Assembly (NCBI GenBank): GCA_965230435.1
Contig: CBDDLB010000002.1
Span: 598,706-662,705 of the forward strand
Origin: Bacteroidales bacterium
Lineage (GTDB): Bacteria > Bacteroidota > Bacteroidia > Bacteroidales > JBDKHP01
Length of the DNA stretch: 64,000 nt
Direction of reading: 5' to 3'
Below are positions 1 through 11,081 of this stretch, one piece after another. The first letter of the stretch is position 1. Each line of letters begins with the position of its first letter. Under the pieces are notes generated by a model that saw only the letters and a program-made list of their open reading frames with translations, was not told the DNA's origin and did no database searches. A program made the position numbers and the translations under genes.

Positions 1-634
1 TCAGATCCTGAACTTCGTTGAGAATGCTTTCCGGTGCCCTGCTTCTTTCCCGGCCGCGTGTAAACGGCACCACGCAATAAGCACACATTTTATCGCATCC
101 GCGCATAATGGAAACAAAGGCCGAAATTTTATTTTCACCTATTCTAACAGGACTAATGTCAGCATAAGTTTCTTCGCGAGAGAGTAAAACGTTAATAGCC
201 TGTTGTCCTTCCCCTGCCTGCTTAACCAAATTTGGTAGATCGCGATAAGCATCGGGGCCAACAACAATATCAACAAGTTTTTCCTGCTCAAGCAGTTTAT
301 CTTTCAAGCGCTCTGCCATGCAACCAATAATACCAATCATAAGAGTTGGTTTGTGCTTACGTTTGTAGCTCTTGAAGACATTAAGCCTGTTGAACACTCT
401 CTGTTCTGCATTTTCTCGTATCGAACAGGTATTTATAAGAATAACATCGGCATTTTTGAAATCATCGGTAGGCGAAAAACCCTCTTTATTGAGAATGGTG
501 AGAACAACCTCGCTATCAGCAACATTCATCTGACAGCCATAAGTCTCTATGAATACCTTGTTAGGAAGATCCAGCACTGGCTGAAGCTTCTGTTTTGCAA
601 AATCTAATTTTGGTGGTTTTATCGGTTCCATCAT
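1..634 (-). CDS. miaB: tRNA methylthiotransferase MiaB (radical SAM), N-terminal ~211 aa; the C-terminus runs off the left edge
   Basis: Own minus-strand translation from the ATG at 634 gives [15 protein letters not shown]...[16 protein letters not shown]...[24 protein letters not shown]. This shows the UPF0004 N-domain (ETYGCQMN) and a CxxxCxxC radical-SAM motif. It is absent from the ORF track because no stop lies in the window. Confidence 0.85.
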   Translation of the reverse strand, partial: MMEPIKPPKLDFAKQKLQPVLDLPNKVFIETYGCQMNVADSEVVLTILNKEGFSPTDDFKNADVILINTCSIRENAEQRVFNRLNVFKSYKRKHKPTLMIGIIGCMAERLKDKLLEQEKLVDIVVGPDAYRDLPNLVKQAGEGQQAINVLLSREETYADISPVRIGENKISAFVSIMRGCDKMCAYCVVPFTRGRERSRAPESILNEVQDL

Positions 635-814
635 CTTCTGAATCTTACTTACATTCTTCGCTCTTGGATTTAAATCAAGTCGGCAAAGATAGTAAATAAA
701 CTGTCGTTAGCACCAAGCTACACATTCATCATTGCTTTTTTGTTGCTTTATGTAGATGTTTGTTCTTCATCAATGTTCTTCCGATTTTACTCATCGAAGG
801 TTTAAAAGCCATGT

Positions 815-870
815 AAAAAAAGAGATGTCTCGATTTAAATGGGCATCATAAATTTAAATTGAGACATCCC
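815..870 (-). terminator. Candidate rho-independent terminator downstream of the REC-PAS-LuxR gene
   Basis: On the minus strand GGGATGTCTC (870-861) pairs with GAGACATCTC (831-822). An inner ATTTAAAT/ATTTAAAT pairing extends the stem, and a T7 run follows (complement of 815-821). Confidence 0.45.
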
Positions 871-1014
871 ATAATTTCAAGATTTGATTTGTATAAGAAT
901 AGCTTATACGATCTGATCGTGATTATGCAGGATCAGCATAATTATTTTTTATAATTGCGACACTATGAGCTTAAATCGGAACAATTAAGGAAAATTTGAG
1001 TTTAGAAGCCCCAA

Positions 1015-2115
1015 TTACATAGAAACCAATTTATTGCTAATAGCAAAAGCAACTAAAGTGGCGGTATTTTTAGTTCCTGTTTTCTGTAGAAGATTTGCTC
1101 GGTGATTTTCTACAGTCCTATTGCTGATAAAAAGTTGTTCTGCTATCTCATTATTTGTAAATCCATTACAGATGAGAGAAAGGATTTCCATTTCGCGCTG
1201 AGATAACTTAACATTCTTTTGAACATAGCTTTGTTGAGCCTTCTTCTCGAAATTGATTAATTGTTCCGCTTCTTTCACCTCCTTAGCAATGTCGTCTTTA
1301 TCGACAGAAATTAAATACTGCATCACAACATCTATATCTGACGAACTTCCCGAATTCCCTCCACTTCTTTTCGTTGACTCTTCTTCTGTTATTTCTACCA
1401 CGGAACCTATAATTGCATTCAGTCCCCCTTGCTCAATGTAACGGGCAAATAATTCTAAAAAGCGGAGCTGCTTACTCTTATTGTATACTGTAAATTTAAG
1501 ATGAACTGTCTCGTGCAGCCCCTTGAGACACATACAGATCATATTTACAGTCTTCTTAGATTCGCCTACTAAAACATCTTTTAAATCGAGCCTATTAATT
1601 TCTGTTAACGAGTAACCTGTTATTTGTTCGAATTTATCGTTGAGATATACAAAACGTTTGTCCAGATAATAAAAAACACCAAGCAAAGGATTGTCGGCCA
1701 ACATGTTGAACTTATTCTCTCCAGAAGCTCTTATCTGTTCAACTTTCTCGAAGCGCTTATTTATTGAGAAAATTAATTCTTCCAGTTCAAAAGGTTTAGT
1801 GATGTAGTCGTCGGCTCCAAGTTTTAATCCAACCCTAAAATCATTAGCTTGTGCTCTTGCTGTTGCAAAGATAAAAGGAGTTCCTTTGGTGGCTGGGATC
1901 GTATTTAGGGTTTTGAAGACCTCATACCCATTCATATTTGGCATTTCAACATCACAGATAATGAGATCCGGTTTATGCTGTACAGCTTTTTGGACTCCCT
2001 CTGCCCCGTCGGAAGCTGTCAAAACATGATAGCCTTCCATAGCAAGAAACTCGGATACTTCCTCTAGTAAAGGCTGAAAATCATCAACAATCAAAATTTT
2101 CTTTCTCTTTTGCAT
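1015..2115 (-). CDS. Response regulator: receiver domain + PAS-like domain + LuxR-type HTH
   Basis: ORF 1015..2196. The likely true start is the ATG at 2115 (MQKRKKILIVDDFQPLL...). REC motifs are present (ILIVDD, DLIICDVEMPNMNGYE, KPF). The C-terminus LSQREMEILSLICNGFTNNEIAEQLFISNRTVENHRANLLQKTG is a LuxR/FixJ HTH. Confidence 0.85.
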   Translation of the reverse strand: MQKRKKILIVDDFQPLLEEVSEFLAMEGYHVLTASDGAEGVQKAVQHKPDLIICDVEMPNMNGYEVFKTLNTIPATKGTPFIFATARAQANDFRVGLKLGADDYITKPFELEELIFSINKRFEKVEQIRASGENKFNMLADNPLLGVFYYLDKRFVYLNDKFEQITGYSLTEINRLDLKDVLVGESKKTVNMICMCLKGLHETVHLKFTVYNKSKQLRFLELFARYIEQGGLNAIIGSVVEITEEESTKRSGGNSGSSSDIDVVMQYLISVDKDDIAKEVKEAEQLINFEKKAQQSYVQKNVKLSQREMEILSLICNGFTNNEIAEQLFISNRTVENHRANLLQKTGTKNTATLVAFAISNKLVSM

Positions 2116-2204
2116 GATATGATATTTAAGCAAACATGATCGGTTCATTTCAAAAGGAAAGGGCATGTCTGTTCCCATTGATGCAATATGCACCACGCTA
2201 TTCC

Positions 2205-3326
2205 CTATCTCGCCCGTGAGTCATCTGTGACGAAACAAGAAAATTCTTTGTTTTCCGAAAACTTCACCCGTACTGTCAGTGAATTTCTCTTTCTTGTTTC
2301 GAAAAATAATTCGCCCCCGTACAACTCCACAATGTATTCTACAATAGCTAATCCAAGACCTAGCCCCTGTTGCTCAAGCTGCTGCCTTTCGAACTGCATA
2401 AATGCTCCTATTGCAGCTAATTGTTCAACTGTCATGCTCCTTCCCTGATTGGTGATTTCGAGTATCAAGCACTTGTTTTCTAAGAATAAATTAATGCTGA
2501 CCTTGGCTCCTGCTATGGAAAATTTAAATGCGTTATCTATCAGCTCCTCTGTAAGTTTAGTGAAATGTACATGATCCATCTTTAGATACACCTGCAATCC
2601 AGACAGTTGTAAATCATCCATTCTTCCATATTGCCGTCCTTTTTCTTTGGCGACCTTCTCCAATATAGGCCACACATCAAAAGCATTGACTTTTCTGATT
2701 TGTTTAATTGCATCTATATTTTCCAACGTAACCTTTAATTCTGAATACAGCAGATAGTTTTCTATAATACGATAAAGGCGATATCCCCCATCGTAAATAT
2801 AACTTGCCATACGCTGGATGTCCTCTATGTCGTATTCCAACGAGCTATCTTTCAGCAAAGATGAAAACCCAATAATCTGATTCAGGGGCGTACGCATCTC
2901 GTGGGGCAGGTTTTTACTGATATTTGCCCTTAGCTCGTCCATACGCTTCTCAATATCTTCGTGCTTTTGTAACTGTGTATTAATAGCAGACAGCAAAGTA
3001 TCTGCAGCTATTGGTTTGGGCAGATAGTCCTCTGCACCAAATTCCATTCCCATACGCATGTCTTCGAATGTATTTTTGGATGTCAGGAAAATGGTAGGAA
3101 TAAATCGTGTCCGGGCATCTTTCTTCAGCTCAGACAACATTTCGTATCCATTCATCTGGGGCATCAGTACATCCGAGAGAATAAGATCTGGGAGTTGATG
3201 TTTAGCAACCTCAAGTCCCTGCCGACCATCATTTGCCGACAATACATTATACCTCTCCAGTTCGAGAAGCTCGCTGATTTCTTCTCTTAATTCAAGTGTA
3301 TCTTCCACTACCAAAATCGTTTTCAT
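2205..3326 (-). CDS. REC-first hybrid histidine kinase (receiver + HisKA + HATPase_c)
   Basis: The N-terminus MKTILVVEDTLELREE...DLILSDVLMPQMNGYE is a receiver. The H-box is HEMRTPLNQIIGF, and the N/G boxes are IDNAFKFS and GLGLGLAIV. Confidence 0.85.
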   Translation of the reverse strand: MKTILVVEDTLELREEISELLELERYNVLSANDGRQGLEVAKHQLPDLILSDVLMPQMNGYEMLSELKKDARTRFIPTIFLTSKNTFEDMRMGMEFGAEDYLPKPIAADTLLSAINTQLQKHEDIEKRMDELRANISKNLPHEMRTPLNQIIGFSSLLKDSSLEYDIEDIQRMASYIYDGGYRLYRIIENYLLYSELKVTLENIDAIKQIRKVNAFDVWPILEKVAKEKGRQYGRMDDLQLSGLQVYLKMDHVHFTKLTEELIDNAFKFSIAGAKVSINLFLENKCLILEITNQGRSMTVEQLAAIGAFMQFERQQLEQQGLGLGLAIVEYIVELYGGELFFETRKRNSLTVRVKFSENKEFSCFVTDDSRAR

Positions 3327-3410
3327 TGTCGATAATTGTTTGATGAGTCCATAAACAACCTTCCAAGTATATTCCTGTCCTATTCAAATAGCCCACTTGC
3401 AACTAGTATG

Positions 3411-3655
3411 TGCCATTCCGTACCGTCGTTGTCCCCAGTCCTTCGTTCTGCGTGTTGCTTCAAGATTACACCAATACCGCTGCAAGACAGCCCTCATTTA
3501 ACTCCATAATTTAATTTATAAATGTGAGCTTGTTACATGCATTAAAATACGAACTCAGTAAAGCTGAAAAAACAACTTCGGTTTTCGTTCCACTGCGGTC
3601 GTCCAAATCCTCACGTACTCCAGTACGCTCCGGTATTGAACTCCTTGTGTGCCTT
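3411..3655 (+). repeat. Copy 1 of a degenerate composite intergenic repeat (a-part 3411-3497, b-part 3566-3655)
   Basis: The b-part GAAAAAACAACTTCGGTTTTCGTTCCACTGCGGTCGTCCAAATCCTCACGTACTCCAGTACGCTCCGGTATTGAAC is about three-quarters identical by eye to 57735-57830 and clearly related to 15114-15215. The a-part ends CCGCTGCAAGACAGCCCTCAT, like 14966-14990 and 18008-18025. Confidence 0.5.
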
Positions 3656-3899
3656 AACCGATTTTTTTTACACTTTACTTAACATAGGATATCTATTTTA
3701 TACCTCAAAAGATGAACTCACCTCTCATTTGATTGGGAAAGAATTATTTCGAGGATATAATATACAAAATTATCCTTTTGATTTAGAGGTAATTTCAGAG
3801 AACTATTTGTATGATAAATTCTGTGATCCCTTAAAAGAATACTTATAATACCCACTCATGGTCAAGTGCCTTTTGAACATGTTATGGTTGAATTTCGGT

Positions 3900-5321
3900 T
3901 TATTCTGTCTGAGCAATTTGCTTGGCCATTCCCCCAAAAATAAGATCATGAAACGGCAAAAGGCTATACCAATATATACGGCCCCAAAGGCCAATTGGAC
4001 GAAATGTGGCAATTTGAAATAAAATCCCATTTTCAATTTTGAATTCGAGCCAAGCCTCACCCGGAAGTTTCATTTCAGCATACAGAATCAATCTTTTCTC
4101 GTTATTGGACACGTACAGTACACGCCAAAAGTCGAGAGTTTCGCCTGTTGAAATAGAATTCTGATTTCTTCTTCCACGCCGCAAACCTACCCCGCCGAAG
4201 ATTTTATCAACAAAACCGCGAATTTCCCAAAGCCAGTTTGCATAATACCAGCCATTTTCTCCTCCGATGGAATTTAGCCTCTGAAGAGCAATCTTCTCGT
4301 CTGCAACAGGTACAGAGCGCTGGTCTTTCAGGCAACCATAAACAGGAATCTGTAGAAAATTTCTAATCCCTTCTTCTAAAATATTGCGGGAAAGTGCGTC
4401 TGTCCAACTCGAAATTACTTCCTGCTGTGCAATTTTGTCGAATGCCAAAAGCACAGCTTCTTCATATGCTATAGGCCTAATGCCAAGCCATTCACTCAGT
4501 TGGTTTGTTTGACAGGTAACATCTATCTTCATACTATCCACTAGGTTCACAGCTAGTTTGTAGCTTGTTGAGGTTACGAAATAAAGCCAATAGGAAGAAA
4601 GTTTGGTTGTCATAAGAGGAAGTGTAAGTATGAGCCTCTTCAACTTTCTTACCTTTGCAAATTTCAACAGCATTTCTTTGTACGACAGAATTTCTGGCCC
4701 TCCAATATCAAAGCTTTTATTATAAGTTTTTTCGAAAAAAAGAACAGACCGCAGGTATTGAATCACATTGCGTATGGCTATAGGCTGAGATTTTGTATTT
4801 AGCCATTTAGGAGCAATCATAATGGGAAGTTTCTCTACCAAATCCCTTATAATTTCGAAGGAAGCACTTCCAGAACCAACAATTATTCCTGCACGCAATG
4901 TAGTGAGATGGAAATTGCCCTTAGACAACAAGTCCTCTACCGTCTTCCGAGAACGGAGATGTGGAGAAAGCTCTTTTTCATTTACAATCCCACTTAAATA
5001 AATCACCTGTTTAACTTGAGTTCCATTCATTGCTTCGCAAAAATTCTCAGCGCACATACGCTCTGCTTCTTCAAAATTTTGTGTCGATGCCGACATAGAA
5101 TGAATAAGATAATATGCAGCATCAATATCCCGAGGAATAGCTGTCAAGCTTTCTTTCTTCAGAAAATTTACCTGCAATGGATGTAGGTTACCATGATATT
5201 GTGATGCATCAAAGCGGTTTAAATCTCGTACACCACAATATACCATATGACCTTCTTCTAGAAGTATTGGTAAGAGACGCCTGCCAATGTAGCCAGTTAC
5301 GCCCGTGAGGAGAATTTTCAT
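3900..5321 (-). CDS. NAD(P)-binding SDR/epimerase-family protein with a C-terminal DUF2867-like domain
   Basis: The N-terminus MKILLTGVTGYIGRRLLPILLEEGH is a Rossmann GxxGxxG motif. The 473-aa length and W-rich C-terminal half are typical of the SDR+DUF2867 architecture. Confidence 0.7.
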   Translation of the reverse strand: MKILLTGVTGYIGRRLLPILLEEGHMVYCGVRDLNRFDASQYHGNLHPLQVNFLKKESLTAIPRDIDAAYYLIHSMSASTQNFEEAERMCAENFCEAMNGTQVKQVIYLSGIVNEKELSPHLRSRKTVEDLLSKGNFHLTTLRAGIIVGSGSASFEIIRDLVEKLPIMIAPKWLNTKSQPIAIRNVIQYLRSVLFFEKTYNKSFDIGGPEILSYKEMLLKFAKVRKLKRLILTLPLMTTKLSSYWLYFVTSTSYKLAVNLVDSMKIDVTCQTNQLSEWLGIRPIAYEEAVLLAFDKIAQQEVISSWTDALSRNILEEGIRNFLQIPVYGCLKDQRSVPVADEKIALQRLNSIGGENGWYYANWLWEIRGFVDKIFGGVGLRRGRRNQNSISTGETLDFWRVLYVSNNEKRLILYAEMKLPGEAWLEFKIENGILFQIATFRPIGLWGRIYWYSLLPFHDLIFGGMAKQIAQTE

Positions 5322-5732
5322 GAGGATGGAGTTAGGGGAGATTTTACGTCTATCATTACCTTTTGTTGCCTAATACAACATAATAATAGAAAGCTTTTCG
5401 CCAATCTTCTTTTTTTTACAAACAGATAGCTCCCAAACTTGATCGGACATTCTGCTTTTTTGTAAATTTATACTAGAAAATCTAAAAAGAAACTTGAACA
5501 ACTAAAACCACATTTTAATAAGAACTAAACACACACATGGTGCTATTTTATCATGGCTCAACTCCCATGTCGTTCAAATTCAACACGAACTACCTATTGG
5601 GAACCTACAGGGGCAACCACAAGTAAATTATACAGTTTATCGACATAAAAATGCTCCAAGTACCAAATACCTCTAATACAGAAGTTTATAGACAAAATAG
5701 CAAACCGGAACAATCCCAAAGAATAACTGTAG

Positions 5733-8700
5733 ATGAAAGAAACTGAAAATAATCTAGAACAAAAAAGTGAACGCGAATTCTTGCAGGAAACAATTGCGAA
5801 GTATACTTTCAACTGGGAGATGATCTATCATCCTCAGAAAGGGTATTTGCATGTTTCTGAAGGATGCAGGCAGATATCCGGTTTCAGTGCTTCAGAATTT
5901 CTTTCGAACAAATCTTTGCTTGAAGAGATTATCCTACCTGAAGATCAACATTATTTTTCTTCTTTTAATAACAGAAGCGATATTCCTCATGCGATATCCA
6001 TTGAATTTAGAATACGCTGTAAAGATGAGACTGTAAAATGGATAGAACATAAGCGCCAAGGTGTTTTCGACACTCAGGGGAACTTTATGGGTTTCTTTTG
6101 TTCCAATACGGATATTTCGCAACGGAAAGACATTGAGCATGCTCGTGTAGAGTTAGTAAACGAACAGATTGAAAAGCGTCAGCTCTTCGACAAAGGCAAG
6201 GTTGCCATTCTGAGATGGGAAAATACAGAAGGTTGGCCTGTGATTCATGCCTCGGAAAACATTGGCAGCATTCTGGGGTACTCCAAAGAAGAAATTGAAC
6301 ATCCAGAATTCATATATGCAGAAATTATATGTGAAGAAGATATCGCACGTGTTTCTGCTGAGGTAAAAAAAAATATAGACGAAAACGCAGTATCCTTCTT
6401 GCACAAACCCTACCGACTGAAAACAAAGAAAGGCAAATATGTCTGGGTTTTCGATCACACCGTCATTATCCGCAACAAAGACAACACGGTCACCAATTTT
6501 TTAGGGTACATAGTAGACATAAGCGATCAGGTAGAAAACAGAAACCGAATTGTTACCAGTGAAAATAACTTCAGAAGTTTTTTCAATAACAACTCCGATT
6601 TCTTTCTGATTCTAAATCTTGAATGGAAAATATTAGAAGCAAATAAAACCGTAATAAACAAGCTGCATTATACCCGGGAACTCCTACAGGGGCAACCTAT
6701 TTTCTTTCTTTTCCCTACGGAACGTCTGAGAGAAGCTTCTTTACTTTGCTCAAGAATACTTGAAGGAGAAACCGACTGCTGTTCCATTCCTTATATGAAT
6801 AAAGAGAAGAAGTATATTCCTGTAGAAACCATAATAAGAAAAGGATACTGGAACGATGAAGAAGCAATATTTGTTTCGGGAAGAGACATGTCCGGTATCA
6901 CTCTGGCAAAGGAGAAAGTAAAGAAAACATTTCAGCTCAGCACTACCATATCATTTATCTGCGATAACGACAATGAGCTCATCACCGAAATCAACTGGGG
7001 CTTCGTTGACCAATTAGGATACCGCCCTGAAGAGGTATTGGGCAAACACATAACTTATATACTGGAATGCGAACACTCCGTTGGGATTTCTTATGATCAG
7101 AAGAGACAAAATGGCCCATGGATAGAAGATGCCCACCTTGTCCGCAAGGACAATACCCGCTTTCCTGTTCTTCTTTCTTTCGATGTTTTTGAAGAAGAAA
7201 GCCGACACTACGTGCTTATTTCTGCCATAGATATTTCCCGCCCACATCAAGAAAGCATAGAATCGCGGGACAGGCAAGAAGAACTGGAAAACCTACTTCA
7301 GATAAGAGGCATTGCACTGGAAGAAACCGTAAAAGAACTGGTTGTCAGCGAAAATACCTACAGAGGGATTATAGAAAACATGCAAGATGTTTTCTACCGT
7401 ACAAACACAACTGGCAATGTGCTACTTATCAGTCCGTCGGCCAAGGAAATGTTCGGAGTACAGGAAATAGGAGAACTTATTGGAGAAAATTTCACTGAAC
7501 TAATTTATACAAACAAAAAGGACAGGGAAAAACACAACCTTGCATTACTAGAAAAAGGACGATTGAGCAACTTCGAAATACAGATAAAAAGAAAAAATGG
7601 TGAAATACTGACTGTCCTTGCCAATAGTCAACAATATCTTGATAGCGAAAGAAAAATCGCCGGTATAGAAGGAACCTTGAAAGACATCACCTCCATGAAA
7701 AAGATGGAGCAGGCCTTAAGTGAAAGTGAAGAGAAGTATCGAAACCTCATCAAGAGTTCTCAAGAAGCAATCTTTGTTATTTTCGACAACCGGCTTGAAC
7801 ACATCAATCCAAAATTTAAGAGCCTATTCGGCATTAACATCGACGATTTCAAATCCAAAGACTTCAGCTTTTCAAAAATTATTGCTCCAAAAAGTAAGCA
7901 TCTGATATCCAGCCTTGAAAACCTGAGTGACATTGAGATAAAACAGGAAAATCATTATGAATTTACTGCTCTAGACAAAAACAACAACGAAATTGAGGTA
8001 GAGGTTTCCATCTCGTATATTCCCTACAAGCACAGCGTAGCCATTCAAGGTGTACTCCGTGACATTACTCACCGCAAAACCAATGAAATCCGATTAAAAA
8101 ACCTGTCTGAACGCCTGATGCTTGCTACCGAATCGGCAGAACTTGGCGTTTGGGAAATCGATCTACAGGAACATAAACTTTATTGGGACTTGCAGATGTA
8201 TCATATATTCCAATGCGATCCTGAGGCTTACAAGAATTCGTACGACGCCATGCTCAACCTTATCCACCCAGATGACCTAGAGAAGACTTTCGATGCAATG
8301 GATAGGGCACTGAAAGAAAAAGATCGTATAGAAATGGAATACCGCATCATAACTGAGAAAAAAGAAACACGCTACGTTAAGGCTTACGCAAAAGTCAGCC
8401 GCGATCTCAAAGACAAAGCTGTTAGAATGACCGGTGTTGCTTATGACATCAGTACCACAAAACAATACGAATCGGCTCTACGGAATGCTGAAACACGCTA
8501 TAAAACAGTAGCCGATTTCACTTTTGACTGGGAAACATGGTATGGATCCACAGGTGAATTGTTATATTGTTCCCCCTCCTGCCTCAGAATATCTGGATAT
8601 TCACGAGAAGAATTCCTCAACAATCCAAATCTACTTCTACGCATTACTCACCCCGACGACAAAAAATTAGTTAAACGACATCTTCTATATACCCAGCAGG

Positions 8701-11081
8701 AAAAAAGCGAGACCCGCTATTCGCTTGAATTTAGGATAAGAAAAAAAGGAGGAGAAACCGTATGGCTCGGGCACGATGTACAACAGGTTTTTGACACAGA
8801 AGGCAAATATCTTGGCATAAGAGGCAGTAGCAGGGACATTACAAAACTTAAACAGAACATTACCAAACTAAAAGTAAAAACCAAACAGCTGGCTACCCTT
8901 AACGAAATTTCTGCCGAATTCGCAGCCATTTCTACCGAACTTGAGATCAATTCATACATGTTCAGTAAGTTTTCTGAACTTACAAATTGCTTCTTCAGTT
9001 CCTTTGCAGCTGTGTCCAACAATCAGTTTGTTATCAAGAACATATCTCAGGTCAATACAGACAGCTTCCTGCATTCTATCCCAATCATTAACCGTCCTAT
9101 AGTTGGACTGCGCTTTTCACTCCCCAAAACCATACTAACGCAATTGGAAAACAGGGATTACTTGAAAATTGACAACTTAAACGAGATATTAGAGACCGAT
9201 TTTCTCAACAAAAACGACATAACCCTTCTTTATCGTAAAATAGACCACGGATCCATCTACATGTTCCCGGTGTACCATGCAACAGAAGTAAGTGGGATTT
9301 ATACATTGTCTTTTAAACTTGGGGAAACCATTCAGGAATCGACAATTGAAATACTATCTGGCTTTATAAACCAAGCTTCGATAGTCCTACAAAGGTTATA
9401 TGCTAACGACCAACTTTTGCAATCGTTGCAGGAATGGCAATCGTTCATAGAAAACGCAAACACTCCAATTATCGGTATCGACAACAATGGCAAACTAACA
9501 GAATGGAACAGAGCTGCCGCCCAAACAACTGGCTACAACAAAGAAGATGTTCTGGGACAAAACCTAATTAATAAATTCATCCATCCTGAATATAAAACTA
9601 CTGTAAACGAGGTAGCAAAACTTGCTCTTGAAGGAGTACCTACATCAAACTTTGAATTTCCTCTCATAACCGAAGATAACAAGAGAATCATATTATTAAT
9701 GAACATCACCCCCCGAAAAAGCACAAACGGAAAAATCGTTGGGGCAATCGGTGTTGGGCAGGATATCACCGAAATAGACTACTTACGTACCGAACTTCAG
9801 AGCGAACGAATATCCCTTGCCCGAAGAGTAGATGAACGAACTGCGGAACTAAGCCTTGCCAATGTCCGCCTAGCAAAAGCTGCCAAACTAAAGGATGAGT
9901 TTTTGGCCAACATGAGCCACGAACTTAGAACTCCGCTAAATGCCATACTTGGAGTTTCGGAATCGTTGCAAGAAGGAATATATGGAGGCCTCACCGAGCG
10001 ACAATATCAGAAAGTACAGGATGTAGAAGAAAGCGGCAGGCACTTATTGTCTCTTATAAACGAGATTTTAGATTTAGCAAAAATCGAAGCAGGAAAAATC
10101 ACCCTCGATTATTCTACTGTGAATATAAAGCAGCTCTGTTTTGCCAGCCTCAGGTTTATCAAACAAGCTGCTTTCAAAAAACAAATCACGGTAAATCAGG
10201 ATATAGATGTAACCATCGAGAACTTTATGGCCGATGAAAAAAGAATGAAGCAAGTACTGGTAAACTTATTGAGCAACGCTGTAAAATTCACCCCCGATGG
10301 AGGAGAACTAGGACTTAACGTGAAACTTGTCTCCCCAGATGAAATTCAGTTTGAGGTATGGGACAAAGGAATTGGAATTTCAGAAAAATCGTTCGATAAA
10401 CTCTTCAAACCGTTCGAGCAAATAGATAGTAAACTATCTAGGAATTACGAAGGTACAGGACTTGGCCTTGCACTTGTAAAAAATCTGGTTTCCCTGCACA
10501 ATGGTTCCGTTTCTGTAAAAAGCAAAGTGGGAAAAGGTAGCTGCTTTACACTACACCTGCCTTTAGCGCCTCAACTAGCAAACATCCCCCAAAAAACACC
10601 CCAAACGAAAAGAAGCTCAACAATAATCACAGAAGCTATAACTCATCAACATACCAACAACGAAACCGAAAATAAACCTTCAGAAATCAGCAAACAACGC
10701 ACTATTCTACTTGTAGAAGACAATGAGTTCAACATTAGAACCATAACAGAATATCTCACGGCAAAGAATTACATTGTAGAACTGGCCTTTAACGGCATCG
10801 AAGCCATTGAAAAAACAGAAAGAAAAAAGCCAGACCTGATTATAATGGATATACAAATGCCAAAAATGGACGGATTTGAAGCCACACGGAAAATAAGGCA
10901 CAACCCCGATCCTTCCATTGCCCAAATTCCAATAATAGCCCTTACTGCTCTTGCAATGCCCGGAGACAAAGAAAAATGTATTGAGGCAGGTGCAAATCGC
11001 TATATGCAAAAACCTGTATCCCTGAAACGCCTTATTGAACTTGTCGGCGAATTCTTCAACCCTGAAAACCAACTGCAATGA
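5733..11081 (+). CDS. Multi-PAS/PAC hybrid sensor histidine kinase (1782 aa) with a C-terminal receiver
   Basis: PAS/PAC-like blocks recur (for example KWIEHKRQGVFDTQGNFMG and VWLGHDVQQVFDTEGKYLG). The H-box is HELRTPLNAILG, the N box NLLSNAVKFTP, and the G box GTGLGLALV. The receiver is ILLVEDNEFN...DLIIMDIQMPKMDGFE...KP. Confidence 0.9.
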   Translation: MKETENNLEQKSEREFLQETIAKYTFNWEMIYHPQKGYLHVSEGCRQISGFSASEFLSNKSLLEEIILPEDQHYFSSFNNRSDIPHAISIEFRIRCKDETVKWIEHKRQGVFDTQGNFMGFFCSNTDISQRKDIEHARVELVNEQIEKRQLFDKGKVAILRWENTEGWPVIHASENIGSILGYSKEEIEHPEFIYAEIICEEDIARVSAEVKKNIDENAVSFLHKPYRLKTKKGKYVWVFDHTVIIRNKDNTVTNFLGYIVDISDQVENRNRIVTSENNFRSFFNNNSDFFLILNLEWKILEANKTVINKLHYTRELLQGQPIFFLFPTERLREASLLCSRILEGETDCCSIPYMNKEKKYIPVETIIRKGYWNDEEAIFVSGRDMSGITLAKEKVKKTFQLSTTISFICDNDNELITEINWGFVDQLGYRPEEVLGKHITYILECEHSVGISYDQKRQNGPWIEDAHLVRKDNTRFPVLLSFDVFEEESRHYVLISAIDISRPHQESIESRDRQEELENLLQIRGIALEETVKELVVSENTYRGIIENMQDVFYRTNTTGNVLLISPSAKEMFGVQEIGELIGENFTELIYTNKKDREKHNLALLEKGRLSNFEIQIKRKNGEILTVLANSQQYLDSERKIAGIEGTLKDITSMKKMEQALSESEEKYRNLIKSSQEAIFVIFDNRLEHINPKFKSLFGINIDDFKSKDFSFSKIIAPKSKHLISSLENLSDIEIKQENHYEFTALDKNNNEIEVEVSISYIPYKHSVAIQGVLRDITHRKTNEIRLKNLSERLMLATESAELGVWEIDLQEHKLYWDLQMYHIFQCDPEAYKNSYDAMLNLIHPDDLEKTFDAMDRALKEKDRIEMEYRIITEKKETRYVKAYAKVSRDLKDKAVRMTGVAYDISTTKQYESALRNAETRYKTVADFTFDWETWYGSTGELLYCSPSCLRISGYSREEFLNNPNLLLRITHPDDKKLVKRHLLYTQQEKSETRYSLEFRIRKKGGETVWLGHDVQQVFDTEGKYLGIRGSSRDITKLKQNITKLKVKTKQLATLNEISAEFAAISTELEINSYMFSKFSELTNCFFSSFAAVSNNQFVIKNISQVNTDSFLHSIPIINRPIVGLRFSLPKTILTQLENRDYLKIDNLNEILETDFLNKNDITLLYRKIDHGSIYMFPVYHATEVSGIYTLSFKLGETIQESTIEILSGFINQASIVLQRLYANDQLLQSLQEWQSFIENANTPIIGIDNNGKLTEWNRAAAQTTGYNKEDVLGQNLINKFIHPEYKTTVNEVAKLALEGVPTSNFEFPLITEDNKRIILLMNITPRKSTNGKIVGAIGVGQDITEIDYLRTELQSERISLARRVDERTAELSLANVRLAKAAKLKDEFLANMSHELRTPLNAILGVSESLQEGIYGGLTERQYQKVQDVEESGRHLLSLINEILDLAKIEAGKITLDYSTVNIKQLCFASLRFIKQAAFKKQITVNQDIDVTIENFMADEKRMKQVLVNLLSNAVKFTPDGGELGLNVKLVSPDEIQFEVWDKGIGISEKSFDKLFKPFEQIDSKLSRNYEGTGLGLALVKNLVSLHNGSVSVKSKVGKGSCFTLHLPLAPQLANIPQKTPQTKRSSTIITEAITHQHTNNETENKPSEISKQRTILLVEDNEFNIRTITEYLTAKNYIVELAFNGIEAIEKTERKKPDLIIMDIQMPKMDGFEATRKIRHNPDPSIAQIPIIALTALAMPGDKEKCIEAGANRYMQKPVSLKRLIELVGEFFNPENQLQ

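Noticed and set aside
2116-2196. A 27-aa N-terminal extension of the REC-PAS-LuxR ORF that overlaps the upstream gene's end.
   Set aside because: Receiver domains start within a few residues of the initiator, and MQKRKKILIVDD at 2115 fits that pattern. The extension has no homology signal.
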